IMG/VR virus record: IMGVR_UViG_3300048796_000130 | Origin: an uncultured virus (IMG/VR IMGVR_UViG_3300048796_000130) | Taxonomy: Duplodnaviria; Heunggongvirae; Uroviricota; Caudoviricetes | Length of the DNA stretch: 64,000 bases | Direction: 5' to 3' (one strand) | Shown: piece after piece, positions 42,822 to 52,084 of the stretch | How the letters are laid out: each line of letters starts with the position of its first letter | Position numbering within the stretch: the first letter of the stretch is position 1 | The notes under the pieces: model-generated | The model's input: only the letters and a program-made list of their open reading frames with translations | The model's database searches: none | What the model was told of the DNA's origin: nothing | Translations under genes and position numbers: made by a program

Positions 42822-42891
42822 GGGTTAGGTTCTCCGTTGAGGTTGGGCGGGGGGCAGTTTCGCCCGCGCAGTGGTTTGCCTCTCGCAGTCT

Positions 42892-44436
42892 TTAGAGCGG
42901 GTCGAGCTTCATGACCGCTTTCCAGTACTCCGGGCCGCCTTCGCGGGCGTTGGGGTTTTCCGCCTTCGCCATTTCCATGGCCTTGGCGTGAACCTGATCC
43001 TGAGTGGCTGGAGCGGGATGACTCTGCGGGGTGGTTCCGGTGGTCTTCGGATCCATCCGCGCCGCGTCTAACTGTGAGTCGAGTTTTTCGTGACGTGCTT
43101 TACTCGCGTCGACCATGGGACCGCCGAGGTCGCCAACGATCGATTCGATGATTTTCACCACACGCTCTTGCATGTAGCTTTTGTTGAGGGCCACTCGCCG
43201 CTGCTCATAATCGGGAGCAGTGGGAGACAGTTGGTCGCGTTCCCGCCGATAGAGATCGTTCTTCAGCACCTGGTCGGTCAGTTCGTTCCAGACCATTTTG
43301 GTGATGCGGGTCTTCAGGGTGTCGTTCAGTGCGGTTTTGTCGAGGAAGGTTTTGATCGTCGGCTCGATGGCTTTCGTCGTCTGGTCGATGATGCGGTCTT
43401 CCTTTTGGTTCAAAGCTTGCGTCTGGGTGTTCGAGTCGCGCTCGCGGCTTTCCCGCTCGATACGATCGGCGCGGTCGAGGCGCTCCTGCACCTCGGGAGG
43501 TAATTTGGTAGGTTCGGTCTTCGGCCCCGGCATCTTGTAACCGTTCTTGACGAAGTTGCCGAGGAATTCAATCGCACCCTTTAGATCGGTGGCGTAGCTT
43601 TTCGCTTCGTCAGTCTGGGCCGCCTTCAGCATCATCTCGGCAAGCTCGCCAATCTTCGAGTCGCGGAATCCGGAGACGTTGTCGATCAGTTTTGCAATCG
43701 AGCCGTCGTTCTTGAAGGCTCCGGGGTTCGCGGGGTCGGGAATCGGCTTGCCTTGAGCATCACGCTCAAAAGAGAGTTCCGCCAGGTGCGCCATGAAGTT
43801 GTTGAAGTTGGCGGGATCGTTGCCGGATTGGATGGCGCCGAATTTGTCTTCAATCGCGAAGAAGTTCTTCGCCCCATCTAAAGCGGTGTCGGCGGCTTCG
43901 AGCGTGGGGAAGCGTTCTTTGTACTGGACGCCTTCTGCGGCCATGCGTGCGTTGGCAGTGAGGGTCTCAACCGACAAGCCTTTGTCTTTCAGGAAGGCCT
44001 GCACTTCCGGCGGGGCTTCGGCGAGCGCGGCGGTGATCTTCTCGGCGGGCAGTGGGCCGAGCTTATCGAGAGGATTGACTTCGGCGGCGGGTTTCGCTGC
44101 CTCTGCGGCTGGGTTGGCGGCTTCCGCGGCGGGCTTCGCCGGTTCTGCTGCGGGCTTCGCTGGCTCGGCGGCAGGCTTCGCAGCTTCTACCGCGGGCTGA
44201 GTCGTGTCGGCAGGCTTGGTGAGTTCCGCTGCGGCTTCGCTGGTCGCGTCTTTGACGATGTCGGCAATCGAAGGCTCGGCGGCGGGCTGCGAAGTCGTTT
44301 CCGGCGCGGCCGCGCTCGTCGAACTTGACGATGCTGCAGGCGCGGCGGCTTCCGGGGCGGCTACGGCTCCGGCGGCGAAAAACATCGTGCCGCCGAAAAC
44401 AAACCAGTCCAGCAACTTGCTGATCAGTAAGTTCAT
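42892..44436 (-). CDS. Scaffolding protein
   Basis: Ala/Pro/Glu-rich N-terminus, helical; lies between portal and capsid. Confidence 0.65.
   Translation of the reverse strand: MNLLISKLLDWFVFGGTMFFAAGAVAAPEAAAPAASSSSTSAAAPETTSQPAAEPSIADIVKDATSEAAAELTKPADTTQPAVEAAKPAAEPAKPAAEPAKPAAEAANPAAEAAKPAAEVNPLDKLGPLPAEKITAALAEAPPEVQAFLKDKGLSVETLTANARMAAEGVQYKERFPTLEAADTALDGAKNFFAIEDKFGAIQSGNDPANFNNFMAHLAELSFERDAQGKPIPDPANPGAFKNDGSIAKLIDNVSGFRDSKIGELAEMMLKAAQTDEAKSYATDLKGAIEFLGNFVKNGYKMPGPKTEPTKLPPEVQERLDRADRIERESRERDSNTQTQALNQKEDRIIDQTTKAIEPTIKTFLDKTALNDTLKTRITKMVWNELTDQVLKNDLYRRERDQLSPTAPDYEQRRVALNKSYMQERVVKIIESIVGDLGGPMVDASKARHEKLDSQLDAARMDPKTTGTTPQSHPAPATQDQVHAKAMEMAKAENPNAREGGPEYWKAVMKLDPL
44085..44198 (-). 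repeat. Degenerate 21-bp coding repeat (PAAEPAK-like, about 5 copies)
   Basis: PAVEAAKPAAEPAKPAAEPAKPAAEAANPAAEAAKPAAE. Confidence 0.85.
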
Positions 44437-44481
44437 GGGATTGTCCTTTGGGTTGTGCTTGAGGATGGGTGGTGCTTGGGG

Positions 44482-44703
44482 TTACTTCACGGGCTTCGGT
44501 TCCAACTGCTCTGCACTCCACGCATCGAGCGCGGGATGGGTGATAAACCCGACTGGCAGCGGCGGTCCGGGCAGGCCCACGATCTCGACCTGGCCATAGG
44601 TGCGGAGGATCGAGTGGGCCATGTCGCGCGCTGCAGGAGTCCAGCGCTGTCCGTTCATATTTAAGCGCGAGCCGCTCTTCGGAGATGTCTTCTTGTTGGT
44701 CAC
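44482..44703 (-). CDS. Small hypothetical protein
   Basis: GTGA overlap with the portal stop. Confidence 0.55.
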   Translation of the reverse strand: MTNKKTSPKSGSRLNMNGQRWTPAARDMAHSILRTYGQVEIVGLPGPPLPVGFITHPALDAWSAEQLEPKPVK

Positions 44704-47192
44704 TGAATCGTCAACGGACTCGGCGTAGCTCCCGGCATCGGCGGCGCGGGCGTCGATTGCACCGCACCGGCAGGCAACGCCGGCGCTCCCGGCGGCTCCG
44801 GAGCCGGCGGACCATTCGGCGCACTTCCTGGACCCGGCATGGGCGGAGCCATCTGCATTTGCTGCAACATGCGCAGCTTTTCGAGATAGAGCATCAGGTT
44901 GTCGAAGCCGTCGGGGAATTCCTGCAACAACTGGCCGCCATTGCGTAATCCGTAGACCACCACCGCCTCAATTGATTCTTCCCAGTACTCTCGCAGCAGA
45001 TCGGCGTTCGGCTGCACCGAACATTGCTTGATGGGCAGTCCGGTGACCGGATCGGCCACGGTAAGCGGGGCTTGCTCGATGAGTTTCGTGACGTCGCGCT
45101 GCACCCAGCGCCGGGCGTCCTCTTCCGGCAATTGCATATCCGGCGGCCCGAGGTAGCGGATCATCTGCCGGCGGTTCTGATAGTTATTCAGGATCTCCAT
45201 CAGCACCGGGTTTTCTTTGCCGCGGGAGAGCACAAACTCGATCATCTTCATGTAGAGATCGCGCTGCTGCTCGAATCCCATGGGGTACGCCTGGTCCGCT
45301 TCGGGATGGGCGTGGGCTTTGCCGGCGAGATCGGCGAGGCGAATCGCTTCGTTCTTGAAGTCGGGGCTGTCTTCGTCCTGGACGACGTCGTACACATCAT
45401 CGACCGCGTTTGCGGCGAAGCAATCCACGCTCTGCTCCGAGGAGCGCGCGGTTTCCTGCCGGAGTTGGTCCCAATCGCCCCAGAGCACGCCCATGGCGAC
45501 TCGCAGCGCTTGCTCCTGGCCTTTGGCGGTGTCGATGTCTTTCTGCGTCCCGCCGTAGGTTTGGGGCACGATGCGGGTGAGCAACTGAATCGTCATCTTC
45601 AGATCGGCCGAACGCTTGAAGACCTGCTCGGAGATTTCGGTCTTGAATTGTTTGAACACATCGTCCATCGAGCGCGTCCCATCTTTCATGGGGATGCCGA
45701 CCATGCGGCCCGGCTTCATGTGCTGGTTATTCAACTGCTGCCCCACCAGCTTCATGTTGTAGATGGTCACGCCCATCGAGGCCCGGTCGCAGTACTCCTG
45801 CAGCATGTTCTCGTTGTCGTTGATCTCGTCCTGGATGGGCATCGCCGGAGCTACGCGCGCCGGAGGGAAGAGTCCCAGATCGGTGCGCACCCCGGCCCAC
45901 TCCCATTCTTTCCACATGGCGCATTTGCGGCCATCGAGCGGGTCGTCGCCGAGCGTTGCTAAACAAAGCCCTTCAGGGAATAAATCGTGAAGCTTGTGCG
46001 CGTCCTCGCGCTTGTCGAGGTAGTCAAAGGCGTCGGGTTGGTAGAACGTGCGGTGGTAGGTGGGCAACGTCTGCGGCGTGATCAGGCCGCGCTGAATACT
46101 GGGGGAAAGAGCGCGCATACGCGCAATCCGCTCAATTTCCCCGTCCGGGGAAGAGGTATCACTGCCTCGCTTCACCAGATCCCAGGCGTCCGGGTACATC
46201 CCGCGCAGGGCGCCGGAAAAGATTTCCGCTTCGAGATCGATCAGCGGAGTATTCAAGAGCGGCTTCGGCGAATCCGCCCGCGCGTAGGGCATGGCATCGA
46301 TCTGCAGGCAGTTGTAGATGGCTTGCTGCACTTGCCCTTTCACGACTTTCTTCTTTCCCGTGACCATCGGCATCTTGGCGGTGATGCCGGGAAAGAAATG
46401 CTGCGAGCTTAAACGCAGGCCGCAGTTCATACACCAGGTCCCCTGGGGCTCGTTCGTTGGCGAGGTGATTTGCGCCGGATTATCGGTGCCGCAGTTGGGG
46501 CAGGAATAGCGGTGCGGGATGACCTGCTGAGACTGCCACTCGATCACGTCTTCGTAGGCGGGCTCGCACAGCCGTTCATCCATCGTCCAGCGGGTGTGGC
46601 GGAAGTAGCTGCCGGCGTAGAAGAAAGCCTTGAGCTGCTGTTCGAGCATCTGGCTTTCGTTGTTCTGCCGCCCGATGAGGCGCGCGGCCCGGCTGCGAGT
46701 CTCGGCCGCCCGGTTGTCGAGATCGTCCTCGGCGTTGTCCGGCCACCACTGGACTCTTGGGACGGAGGCTTTCAGGACGGAGACGTACACCCCTTCGAGA
46801 AACTGAATGTAGTTGTGGGCGTACTGGTAGAGGTTCGCGAGATCCGCCGCGTCCGATGCGCCCCCCAGTCCGCCGCCCGATTCCATGAACGGGTTGTAGT
46901 AGGAGTTGGTGTAGGCATCGAGCACGCAAAACTGGTTGTCCTTGGAATACTCGATGGCCTTCAGGGTGCCGCGAATCTTCAACCGGCGCTGGATGGCCCA
47001 GCTTTCCTTCAGCTCGCGCCGGATGTTCATCAGATTGCGGCAGATGTCCGGAGTCAGGCCTTTCTGGGTGAGCCGGTCCTGAATCTTCCCGAGAGCGGGA
47101 CTCGAACGCGCAGGCTCGGCACCCTGTTTGTACTGGGAGGCGTCGATCGGCGGCTTCGAGAATAAACCGCTGGGTTGTGGGGTGAGGCCCAT
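44700..47192 (-). CDS. Portal protein with Zn-ribbon insertion
   Basis: 830 aa; PRVQWWPDNAED..D..AA, MPIQDEIND, TYGG...TAKGQEQ, Q/P-rich tail; upstream of scaffold and capsid. Confidence 0.85.
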   Translation of the reverse strand: MGLTPQPSGLFSKPPIDASQYKQGAEPARSSPALGKIQDRLTQKGLTPDICRNLMNIRRELKESWAIQRRLKIRGTLKAIEYSKDNQFCVLDAYTNSYYNPFMESGGGLGGASDAADLANLYQYAHNYIQFLEGVYVSVLKASVPRVQWWPDNAEDDLDNRAAETRSRAARLIGRQNNESQMLEQQLKAFFYAGSYFRHTRWTMDERLCEPAYEDVIEWQSQQVIPHRYSCPNCGTDNPAQITSPTNEPQGTWCMNCGLRLSSQHFFPGITAKMPMVTGKKKVVKGQVQQAIYNCLQIDAMPYARADSPKPLLNTPLIDLEAEIFSGALRGMYPDAWDLVKRGSDTSSPDGEIERIARMRALSPSIQRGLITPQTLPTYHRTFYQPDAFDYLDKREDAHKLHDLFPEGLCLATLGDDPLDGRKCAMWKEWEWAGVRTDLGLFPPARVAPAMPIQDEINDNENMLQEYCDRASMGVTIYNMKLVGQQLNNQHMKPGRMVGIPMKDGTRSMDDVFKQFKTEISEQVFKRSADLKMTIQLLTRIVPQTYGGTQKDIDTAKGQEQALRVAMGVLWGDWDQLRQETARSSEQSVDCFAANAVDDVYDVVQDEDSPDFKNEAIRLADLAGKAHAHPEADQAYPMGFEQQRDLYMKMIEFVLSRGKENPVLMEILNNYQNRRQMIRYLGPPDMQLPEEDARRWVQRDVTKLIEQAPLTVADPVTGLPIKQCSVQPNADLLREYWEESIEAVVVYGLRNGGQLLQEFPDGFDNLMLYLEKLRMLQQMQMAPPMPGPGSAPNGPPAPEPPGAPALPAGAVQSTPAPPMPGATPSPLTIQ

Positions 47193-48296
47193 TTAGTGTT
47201 TCAGAGCGGCGACTTGATCCTTGAGTAGTTCGATTTCGGCCTGCTGCTGGTGAATCGCGTTCACCAAAGCCGCGACGATGGGGCGGTCGCCATTCGAGAG
47301 CGCGAGATATTCCTTCTCGTGGGGATGGTTGCAGGGAACTTTGTCGTAAATGGTTTTCGATTCGGGATCGGGGTTGGTGCTGAAGCATTCCTTGGTGACC
47401 GCTTCCGGCAGAACTGTTTGCAGATTGCGGGCGTTGAATCCGATCTGCTCCGGATTCGGCTCGCCGTCGTGAATGCTGTTGACCCTCTGGCCTTCCTCGT
47501 TCCAGTGGAAGTGGATGGGCTCGATAGCCATGATGGTGTCGAGGCCGCCGCGGTAGCGACTGAAAACTTTAAGCAGCGGATCGGACGAGGCGGTACAGAC
47601 GGTGATAAGTCCCTGTGTGTAGGTTTGGGTCGCGGTGCACAGCGTCGTGCCGGAGATTCCAGCGGTTCCGCTGGCGCTGAAATTAGTGTTCGCGCGCACC
47701 GTCGCTGACGCCGTGAGATTAGCCAACTGCATGGTGCCAGTAGTCGTTCCCTGCGAAGCGCTTCCGCAATCAATGACCAGAGCCGAGGCGCGAGAGCATC
47801 CCGTGTCGCCATTCCAGGAGAGCGGGCTGCCGCTGGTCATGCTGAGAGTGGTGAATGCGCCTGCGGCGGGAGTAGTTCCGCCGATGGCTGCCGGAGAAGC
47901 GAGATAGGTGGCGAGAGAATTAAAAGATGGGCTGCCAGTCGAACCTGAAACATTGCCGAGAAATGTTCCCGTCGCAACGTTGGGCGCTAAACTTGCGGTC
48001 ACGGTTCCTGATGTCGTAACGGCGGAGCTTGGCGTCGAACTGAGAACCGTACCATCTCCCGTGAACGTGACGCTGGTGACGGTGCCACTGCCACCACTCG
48101 CCGTCATCGTCACCGTCGATCCCGACGCCGTACAGGTCATCCCGGTGGAGCAGTTGAGCTTCGCGTAGCCCAGCCACGTCCCAATGGTCGTGCCTGCATT
48201 CTGGACCTGCAGGATGAATTGTTGCGGGCTGGCGGCCATGAGGATCACAGCCGCACAACAGAGCAGGGTAAGGGTGGCGAGTAATTTGCGTTTCAT
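47193..48296 (-). CDS. Tail-fibre-like protein with signal peptide and C-terminal peptidase S74 intramolecular chaperone
   Basis: MKRKLLATLTLLCCAAVILMA; GSGTVTSV, IGGTTPAAG fibre motifs; SSDPLLK, IGFNARNLQTVLPEAV, LVNAIHQQQAEI. Confidence 0.85.
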   Translation of the reverse strand: MKRKLLATLTLLCCAAVILMAASPQQFILQVQNAGTTIGTWLGYAKLNCSTGMTCTASGSTVTMTASGGSGTVTSVTFTGDGTVLSSTPSSAVTTSGTVTASLAPNVATGTFLGNVSGSTGSPSFNSLATYLASPAAIGGTTPAAGAFTTLSMTSGSPLSWNGDTGCSRASALVIDCGSASQGTTTGTMQLANLTASATVRANTNFSASGTAGISGTTLCTATQTYTQGLITVCTASSDPLLKVFSRYRGGLDTIMAIEPIHFHWNEEGQRVNSIHDGEPNPEQIGFNARNLQTVLPEAVTKECFSTNPDPESKTIYDKVPCNHPHEKEYLALSNGDRPIVAALVNAIHQQQAEIELLKDQVAALKH

Positions 48297-48328
48297 TTGC
48301 AGGGGTGTTCGCGTGAGGAAAAGCCGGA

Positions 48329-48625
48329 CTACATCTTCCGTCGGAGTTTATTCGCCGGATGATCGGACGGAGGCATATCGTCGGCGTCGGGTTCGCCTCC
48401 ACCACTCTTGCCTTCGTGCGCGTCCATCAAGGCGTCGAGATGTTGGTGGAGTTGGGCGCGCTCGCCGTGGGCGAAGAGCTTTTCGTTCTTCTGATCGTCG
48501 CCGCCCATCATCATCGGAGCATCTTTGCCTTCCGATTCGCGCACCGGCTCGTGACGCACTTCGTAGTGCGTGCCCGCTTTTGGGGTGATGTGGATGCCGT
48601 GCAACTTCTTTTGCTTCTTCGCCAT
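48329..48625 (-). CDS. Small His-rich late protein
   Basis: AGGAG RBS; ends DHPANKLRRKM. Confidence 0.7.
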   Translation of the reverse strand: MAKKQKKLHGIHITPKAGTHYEVRHEPVRESEGKDAPMMMGGDDQKNEKLFAHGERAQLHQHLDALMDAHEGKSGGGEPDADDMPPSDHPANKLRRKM

Positions 48626-48633
48626 AAATTCTC

Positions 48634-49032
48634 CTACGCAGTCGCCGCCGGGGCTTTAGTCTTCTCCAGAATCTGCGCCATCCGTTCCGCCGCTTCTGTT
48701 TGTCGCGCACGATCGCGCGCCGTCCGCGCTTCCGCTTCGGCTTTTTCTAGGTTCGAGGAGGTGGCGATTTCCAACTGCCTTCGCCGCGCCGACATGTTGG
48801 GGGCGGTGTCTACCGGGTTCGGCTCTTCTTGCTTCACCTCGGGCTGGGGAGCTGCAGCGGATTCTTTGCCGATAAAGCGTTCGTCGATATGGAAGCCGGT
48901 CGAGCGGAAGCTGATCTCATCCACCACACGGGCGTGGGCGTACTTCAGCTCTGCCAATTCGCGTTTCAGTTCGAGGATCTCGCGCTCGCGATCGGCGTAG
49001 CGGGAATTCCAAACAAAGGGACACCAATTCAT
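48634..49032 (-). CDS. Coiled-coil hypothetical protein
   Basis: ATGA coupling at 49032; GGAGG upstream region. Confidence 0.65.
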   Translation of the reverse strand: MNWCPFVWNSRYADREREILELKRELAELKYAHARVVDEISFRSTGFHIDERFIGKESAAAPQPEVKQEEPNPVDTAPNMSARRRQLEIATSSNLEKAEAEARTARDRARQTEAAERMAQILEKTKAPAATA

Positions 49033-49193
49033 TGCGCTCTCGCTTTCCGCGCCGCTTCCCAAGCCTGCCCATGGAGGCTGCAGCTCCAATCGCGGGCGTA
49101 GCGGTTCTGGGTCTCCATGACGGCGTCGATAGCTTCAGTCGCGAGATCGGCCAGTTCTTGCGGATTAGCTGCGTTCGACTCCGCGCAACTCAT
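49029..49193 (-). CDS. Small hypothetical protein
   Basis: Fills the operon gap; stop coupled to the next start. Confidence 0.5.
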   Translation of the reverse strand: MSCAESNAANPQELADLATEAIDAVMETQNRYARDWSCSLHGQAWEAARKARAQ

Positions 49194-49207
49194 ATCGGCA
49201 ACCTGCT

Positions 49208-49588
49208 TCACGACCACTCCGTCACCATGACCTGGGTTGCCGTCCCCGTGGCCGAAATCACCTTCATGTAGGGCGTAGCGGCAATCGTGTTGTTCGCCGG
49301 ATCCGTCATCGCCGGAATTGCGAAGCCCAGCTTCGCTCGATAGGTGTCGTCACCGCCCGACCAGATTTGTCCCGGCAGGAGCGGGTATTCGTACACGTAG
49401 CCATCGTCGGGCAAGGTGATAATCAGACCTTGTGGGGCATAGGTCACACTGTCTTCCGGCGGGCACTCCTGAATCTCCACGTACTTGGCGAACTTGCTGG
49501 CGCTGATCAGGACCAGGGCGCCGCCGCTGGCGTTGACGTCGACGAGGGTCCGCTTGGGGTTGGTTTGGCGGGTTGTGGGTTCGGTCAT
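49208..49588 (-). CDS. Hypothetical beta-rich structural protein
   Basis: 126 aa, beta-sandwich-like pattern. Confidence 0.65.
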   Translation of the reverse strand: MTEPTTRQTNPKRTLVDVNASGGALVLISASKFAKYVEIQECPPEDSVTYAPQGLIITLPDDGYVYEYPLLPGQIWSGGDDTYRAKLGFAIPAMTDPANNTIAATPYMKVISATGTATQVMVTEWS

Positions 49589-49592
49589 GGGG

Positions 49593-49772
49593 TTACGCTC
49601 TTTTCGGGTGGGCGCGGAGTTTGTGGAGTGGATGGTCTTTGTTCGCGGCGACGTGCCCGGGGAGCTTCGAGAAATCCGTGGAGGCTTCCCACTCTTTCAA
49701 CTTCTCGGGGCCGCCGATCTTCTCGGGGTGCGCCTCAAGAAAGCCTTGCTGGGCCGTGGACTTGAACGGCAT
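49593..49772 (-). CDS. Small phage protein of the MPFKSxAQ type
   Basis: GAGGAG RBS; MPFKSTAQQGFLEAHPE...KEWE..T...KLP; ends DHPLHKLRAHPKRA. Confidence 0.75.
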   Translation of the reverse strand: MPFKSTAQQGFLEAHPEKIGGPEKLKEWEASTDFSKLPGHVAANKDHPLHKLRAHPKRA

Positions 49773-49947
49773 AACGCTCCTCACTGAATGGGGCCATGCG
49801 TCTACGAGGTTGCCCGGTGTCCAGCCCGAACGGGTCTTGCCGCTCCTGCACTTTCTTGTAGGGGCACAGTTCGCTGTCTTCGCGATGGCCGGTGGCTCCG
49901 CACGTCGCGCAGGGACGGAAGCGCGGGTTGGAGTTGACGTAACTCAT
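49735..49947 (-). CDS. Zn-knuckle-like small protein
   Basis: ATGA coupling; CATCGATGHREDSELC. Confidence 0.5.
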   Translation of the reverse strand: MSYVNSNPRFRPCATCGATGHREDSELCPYKKVQERQDPFGLDTGQPRRRMAPFSEERYAVQVHGPARLS

Positions 49948-50321
49948 CCCATCCGTTTCGGTTTCGCCCGCAACTGCTGCAGGGGATGATCCGCACCAGC
50001 ACTCTCTGGCATGCTGCCGCCAGGTTCGCCGCCGCTTTGTGATTCGGAGCCGAACTGGCAATTGCCGCAACTAAACGCTTGGGTCGATTGATCCTGTGGC
50101 TCGAACTCGTTGCAGCAACCGAGATCGAGCGAGACTCCGCCTTCGACGTCGACCTTCGAGCAGTCGCCGTCCTTCTGAGCGCCGGCCAATTCCATGTAGC
50201 CGGCTTGCTCTTGGGGAATCTTTGCGGTGTTGTTGGGAGGCGCGGACGGACCCGTGCCTGCCGCTGTGGTTGCAGCGGAAGGGGCGGACCCGCCCGGCAT
50301 TCCAGGGAAAGAAGAAGCCAT
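49944..50321 (-). CDS. Small Cys-containing late protein
   Basis: GCCNEF..CGNC; ends DHPLQQLRAKPKRMG. Confidence 0.7.
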   Translation of the reverse strand: MASSFPGMPGGSAPSAATTAAGTGPSAPPNNTAKIPQEQAGYMELAGAQKDGDCSKVDVEGGVSLDLGCCNEFEPQDQSTQAFSCGNCQFGSESQSGGEPGGSMPESAGADHPLQQLRAKPKRMG

Positions 50322-50336
50322 CGGAGACCGCCTTTT

Positions 50337-52016
50337 TTAGAGAACTTCGATGTGGAGGTCGATTAACTGCGGAGGCGTGGTCGATTCTGCCGCCGTGGTC
50401 TGCAGGAATTCGACGAAGATCAAATCCTGATCGAGCACGTCGGCAGTGATCGCTGCGGTCGCTGATTCCACTGCCAGGTTGCCGGTGGTGGTTCCAGCCT
50501 GCAACTGCTCAAGCATGAAACCGCCGGGCATAATGGAGCCGGTCGTTCCTGTGCCATTCACGGTCATGGTGCAATCGAGATGGAGTTTGATCGCAGCCGT
50601 GCCTGTGGCCGTGGTTTCGGTATCGGTGCAGACGGCTTTCGGCGTTCCTGTGGTGAAATCGGTAGTGTCGCCGATCCCGGTCAGGAGTTGGATGGTGCCG
50701 CCGGTCGAGGGCGTCAGGGTGACGTTGCCGGTGATGTGGAGTGTCGCCGGGATGAAATTGAGATACCCGGGCGGCAAAGCCACTGTACCCAGCACCACCG
50801 CCTGTCCCGCAGTCAAAGCCGGGGCGACGGTGAACGGCCCGTAGTTCTGCTCAAAACCCACGAAAGGCCGCGGCGAGGGCGCGTAGGCGTAGGTGGTATG
50901 AGTCTCGAAGTTCGGGTTGTAAGCCGCTGCCACGCCTCCTGGGAAGGGATACAGCGCAAAGGTGGTCAGTGGCTTTGGAACAAAGGCGTTCGACCCCGTC
51001 TGGCCATAGGTGGCGTTGGTCACGGCGCAGGCCGGCACGATTGTTTCAATCGGGGTCAAGGTGCAATAGGTCGAGCTGGCCGGGAACCAGTAGGCCGTGG
51101 CATACGAGAGCCCGATGCCGAAGACGTAACCCACCGCACCGGTAGAAGCTGCGGGCGCGACGATCTCGATCTGCACGGCGCCGGCCGAGGTGTAGTTCGC
51201 GGTGGCCGATGCCTTGCCCACGTTGCCCAGGGCATCGACATATGCGACCCAGCCATACTGCGCGGCGTTGGTGAAGCCGCCGGAAGCGACGGCAATCGAG
51301 GTATCGCAAAAGGTGTGTGTGCTGGTGCAGTTCGAGGCGGAGCCCACCAAGGTCGTGGGCTGTGCGAGAGCCGTCAGTCCGGAGGGTTGCGGATTCCAGT
51401 ATTGCACTCCACTCCAGGACGTCGCGGTCGCACCGGGGCCAGCCGGGGCGCGTAAGTCAACGAGTTGGACGCCTGGATAGACCAGGGCCGCGGTCAACTG
51501 CGCGTTGGTGATCTGCGAGGTTGACTCGATCACCACATCGCCGATGCCTTTCGCCATGGCGTAGTTCATCGCTTCTTCGAGTCCGCCGTCGTTCGAGCTG
51601 ACCGAGAACCCAGGGTTCGAATGCGTGTTCGCGAAGGTTGCGGTGAAGGTGCAGTTGTACGGGCTCACCGTCGAAGGACCGGTAACGACTGTCGGCTGCG
51701 TCACGGAGGTTGGCGTGACCGCTTCCGAGTTGGTTCCGTCGGTGATGTAGAGCGGCACGTTCACTGCGATGGGATAGAACTCCTCGTAGCCGGTGCCGAC
51801 TTTGATGTAGCAGCCGTTGAGCGTGACCGTCTGCGCGCCGGACGAGATGCCGGTCTGCGACTGAAACGCCCACTTGCCGAATTCGTCCGCCATCACCGCA
51901 CCGTTGGCGTTGGCGGGGAATTTCGCATTCGCGAAGCTCTGGCCGAACGCAAGGCTGGTTGCGAGCAGCAGGAGTATTGAAACGACCGCGTGAATAGTGG
52001 GTTTGAGCGACTTCAT
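50337..52016 (-). CDS. Signal-peptide-bearing beta-rich protein, first gene of the late operon
   Basis: GGAGG RBS, ATG 52016; MKSLKPTIHAVVSILLLLATSLAFG|Q; T/G/A-rich with Cys pairs. Confidence 0.75.
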   Translation of the reverse strand: MKSLKPTIHAVVSILLLLATSLAFGQSFANAKFPANANGAVMADEFGKWAFQSQTGISSGAQTVTLNGCYIKVGTGYEEFYPIAVNVPLYITDGTNSEAVTPTSVTQPTVVTGPSTVSPYNCTFTATFANTHSNPGFSVSSNDGGLEEAMNYAMAKGIGDVVIESTSQITNAQLTAALVYPGVQLVDLRAPAGPGATATSWSGVQYWNPQPSGLTALAQPTTLVGSASNCTSTHTFCDTSIAVASGGFTNAAQYGWVAYVDALGNVGKASATANYTSAGAVQIEIVAPAASTGAVGYVFGIGLSYATAYWFPASSTYCTLTPIETIVPACAVTNATYGQTGSNAFVPKPLTTFALYPFPGGVAAAYNPNFETHTTYAYAPSPRPFVGFEQNYGPFTVAPALTAGQAVVLGTVALPPGYLNFIPATLHITGNVTLTPSTGGTIQLLTGIGDTTDFTTGTPKAVCTDTETTATGTAAIKLHLDCTMTVNGTGTTGSIMPGGFMLEQLQAGTTTGNLAVESATAAITADVLDQDLIFVEFLQTTAAESTTPPQLIDLHIEVL

Positions 52017-52051
52017 GTTGCCTCCGAATGGGTTTTTTGTGAGCTTTTTGT

Positions 52052-52084
52052 ACCTAGTGAAAACCAAGCGAAAACCTAGTTGCC
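52052..52084 (-). promoter_or_regulatory. Three 11-bp direct repeats upstream of the late operon (candidate activator boxes)
   Basis: + strand ACCTAGTGAAA / ACCAAGCGAAA / ACCTAGTTGCC; TACAAA -10-like on the minus strand. Confidence 0.45.
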
